Positions 39,218-40,042 of a DNA stretch of 40,042 bases are shown piece after piece. The position numbers and the translations under genes are program-made. This DNA is from a virus. Below the pieces are notes generated by a model, which did not search any database, was not told where the DNA came from, and saw only the letters and a program-made list of their open reading frames with translations. The number at the start of each line of letters is the position of its first letter. The stretch's first letter is position 1. Where the stretch lies: IMG/VR virus record IMGVR_UViG_3300029770_000022; one strand, written 5' to 3'.

Positions 39218-40042
39218 GCGAACCAATTATCGCCTACAAGGGCTTTGACAAAGACATGAAATGCCAAGGATTCCAGTTTGCCGAGGGCGAAACGTATCAT
39301 GAGGACAAAGCGGAGCTTTGCAAAAACGGATTCCACGCCTGCACAATGCCGCTGGATGTGCTTAGGTACTATCCGCCGGGCGATGGAAGCATCTACCGGA
39401 TGGTAGAACTGGACGAAGTGTGCGACGAGAAAAGCAATGACAGCAAGATTTGCGCGAAAACGATAAAAATCGGCGCTGAAATCGGGATTCCCGGCCTCGT
39501 CAAAGCACAAATCGAATGGGTCAAGAACACCATCGGTTTCGGCGAGAAGATCAAAAAGGCGAAAGAGTCTCCGGATAAGTATGCGACGGGCGATCGGGGC
39601 GCGGCCTCTGCGACGGGCACTCGGGGCGCGGCCTCTGCGACGGGCTATCAGGGCGCGGCCTCTGCGACGGGCACTCGGGGCGCGGCCTCTGCGACGGGCT
39701 ATCAGGGCGCGGCCTCTGCGACGGGCTATCAGGGCGCGGCCTCTGCGACGGACGATCAGGGCGCGGCCTCTGCGACGGGCTATCAGGGCGCGGCCTCTGC
39801 GACGGACGATCGGGGCGCGGCCTCTGCGACGGGCACTCAGGGCGCGGCCTCTGCGACGGGAGATCGGGGCGCGGCCTCTGCGACGGGCTATCGGGGCGCG
39901 GCCTCTGCGACGGGCTATCAGGGCGCGGCCTCTGCGACGGGCTATCAGGGCGCGGCCTCTGCGACGGGCTCTCGGGGCGCGGCCTCTGCGACGGGCTATC
40001 GGGGCGCGGCCTCTGCGACGGGCTATCGGGGCGCGGCCTCTG
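39214..40042 (+). CDS. 5' part of the repeat-containing protein (conserved phage N-terminal domain, then GxxGAASAT repeats); continues at 1..381
   Basis: ATGA coupling to rusA. KGFDKDMKCQGFQFAEGETYHEDKAELCKNGFHACTMPLDVLRYYPP, possibly the DUF7666 type (from memory). The frame is open to the window end. Confidence 0.8.
   Translation, partial: MSEPIIAYKGFDKDMKCQGFQFAEGETYHEDKAELCKNGFHACTMPLDVLRYYPPGDGSIYRMVELDEVCDEKSNDSKICAKTIKIGAEIGIPGLVKAQIEWVKNTIGFGEKIKKAKESPDKYATGDRGAASATGTRGAASATGYQGAASATGTRGAASATGYQGAASATGYQGAASATDDQGAASATGYQGAASATDDRGAASATGTQGAASATGDRGAASATGYRGAASATGYQGAASATGYQGAASATGSRGAASATGYRGAASATGYRGAAS
39583..40042 (+). repeat. 27-bp coding tandem repeat: partial unit, 16 full units, then 10 nt
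   Basis: Full units start at 39601. Variation is confined to codons 7-8 of each unit. Confidence 0.95.

Larger units (their letters stand above)
1..40042. mobile_element. Complete, circularly permuted temperate siphovirus-type phage genome; no host flanks visible
   Basis: Contiguous modules: methylation/anti-restriction 385-7138, packaging 7306-10492, head 11478-16386, tail 16383-26535, lysis 26532-27921, morons 27921-30079. Minus-strand integrase/repressor 30296-34218, then early/recombination/replication 34392-39217. Last 37 nt are identical to the first 37 nt, and one gene is split by the window edge. Confidence 0.8.

Noticed and set aside
39583-40042. 27-bp repeats read as a CRISPR array or as the variable region of a diversity-generating retroelement.
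   Set aside because: Units are contiguous with no spacers and lie in one open reading frame. No cas genes, reverse transcriptase or template repeat exist anywhere in the window.
1-40042. Host chromosome flanks, tRNA/rRNA genes, IS elements, or known defence systems (CRISPR-Cas, R-M endonuclease, Abi, toxin-antitoxin pairs).
   Set aside because: Every segment is accounted for by phage-type genes or short intergenic control regions. No restriction endonuclease partner accompanies the methyltransferases. No transposase or RNA gene signatures were seen.

Overview
The window reads as one complete temperate siphovirus-type phage genome of about 40 kb, circularly permuted, with no host flank. The last 37 nt equal the first 37 nt. 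One gene (39214..end joined to 1..381) is cut by the window boundary inside a 27-bp coding tandem repeat. GC is high, SD sites are GGAGG-type, and stop/start overlaps (ATGA, GTGA) are common, which fits a Clostridia-type Firmicute host (inference).

Gene order on the plus strand:
- methylation and anti-restriction block: C5-MTase, N6/N4-MTase, ParB-MTase fusion, two Lar, two DUF4406-like
- late regulator
- TerS, TerL and portal
- head genes
- tail genes: major tail, Gp15-like chaperone, 1171-aa tape measure, Tal, DUF859-like receptor-binding protein
- lysis: Dp-1 type holin, CHAP endolysin
- terminator-delimited morons

On the minus strand lie a large serine integrase, a membrane-tethered HTH, a low-GC lipoprotein and a CI-like repressor. 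Consensus divergent promoters then lead into early small genes, a recombination module (Rad52-like, NinB, HNH, SSB, RusA) and a DnaD-type replication gene.

Most notable observations:
- A complete second ORF sits in an alternate frame inside the C5-MTase gene and supplies the missing motif IX, as in the EcoHK31I alpha/beta arrangement.
- The head-morphogenesis protein carries a toxin-like (Ntox50-like) C-terminus, followed by a small coupled ORF.
- A 10-bp-phased GAACAA iteron array lies inside the replication gene.
- Several low-GC mosaic patches occur.
- Uncharacterised morons lie next to the integrase.

All family names come from remembered motif consensus. No searches were run.
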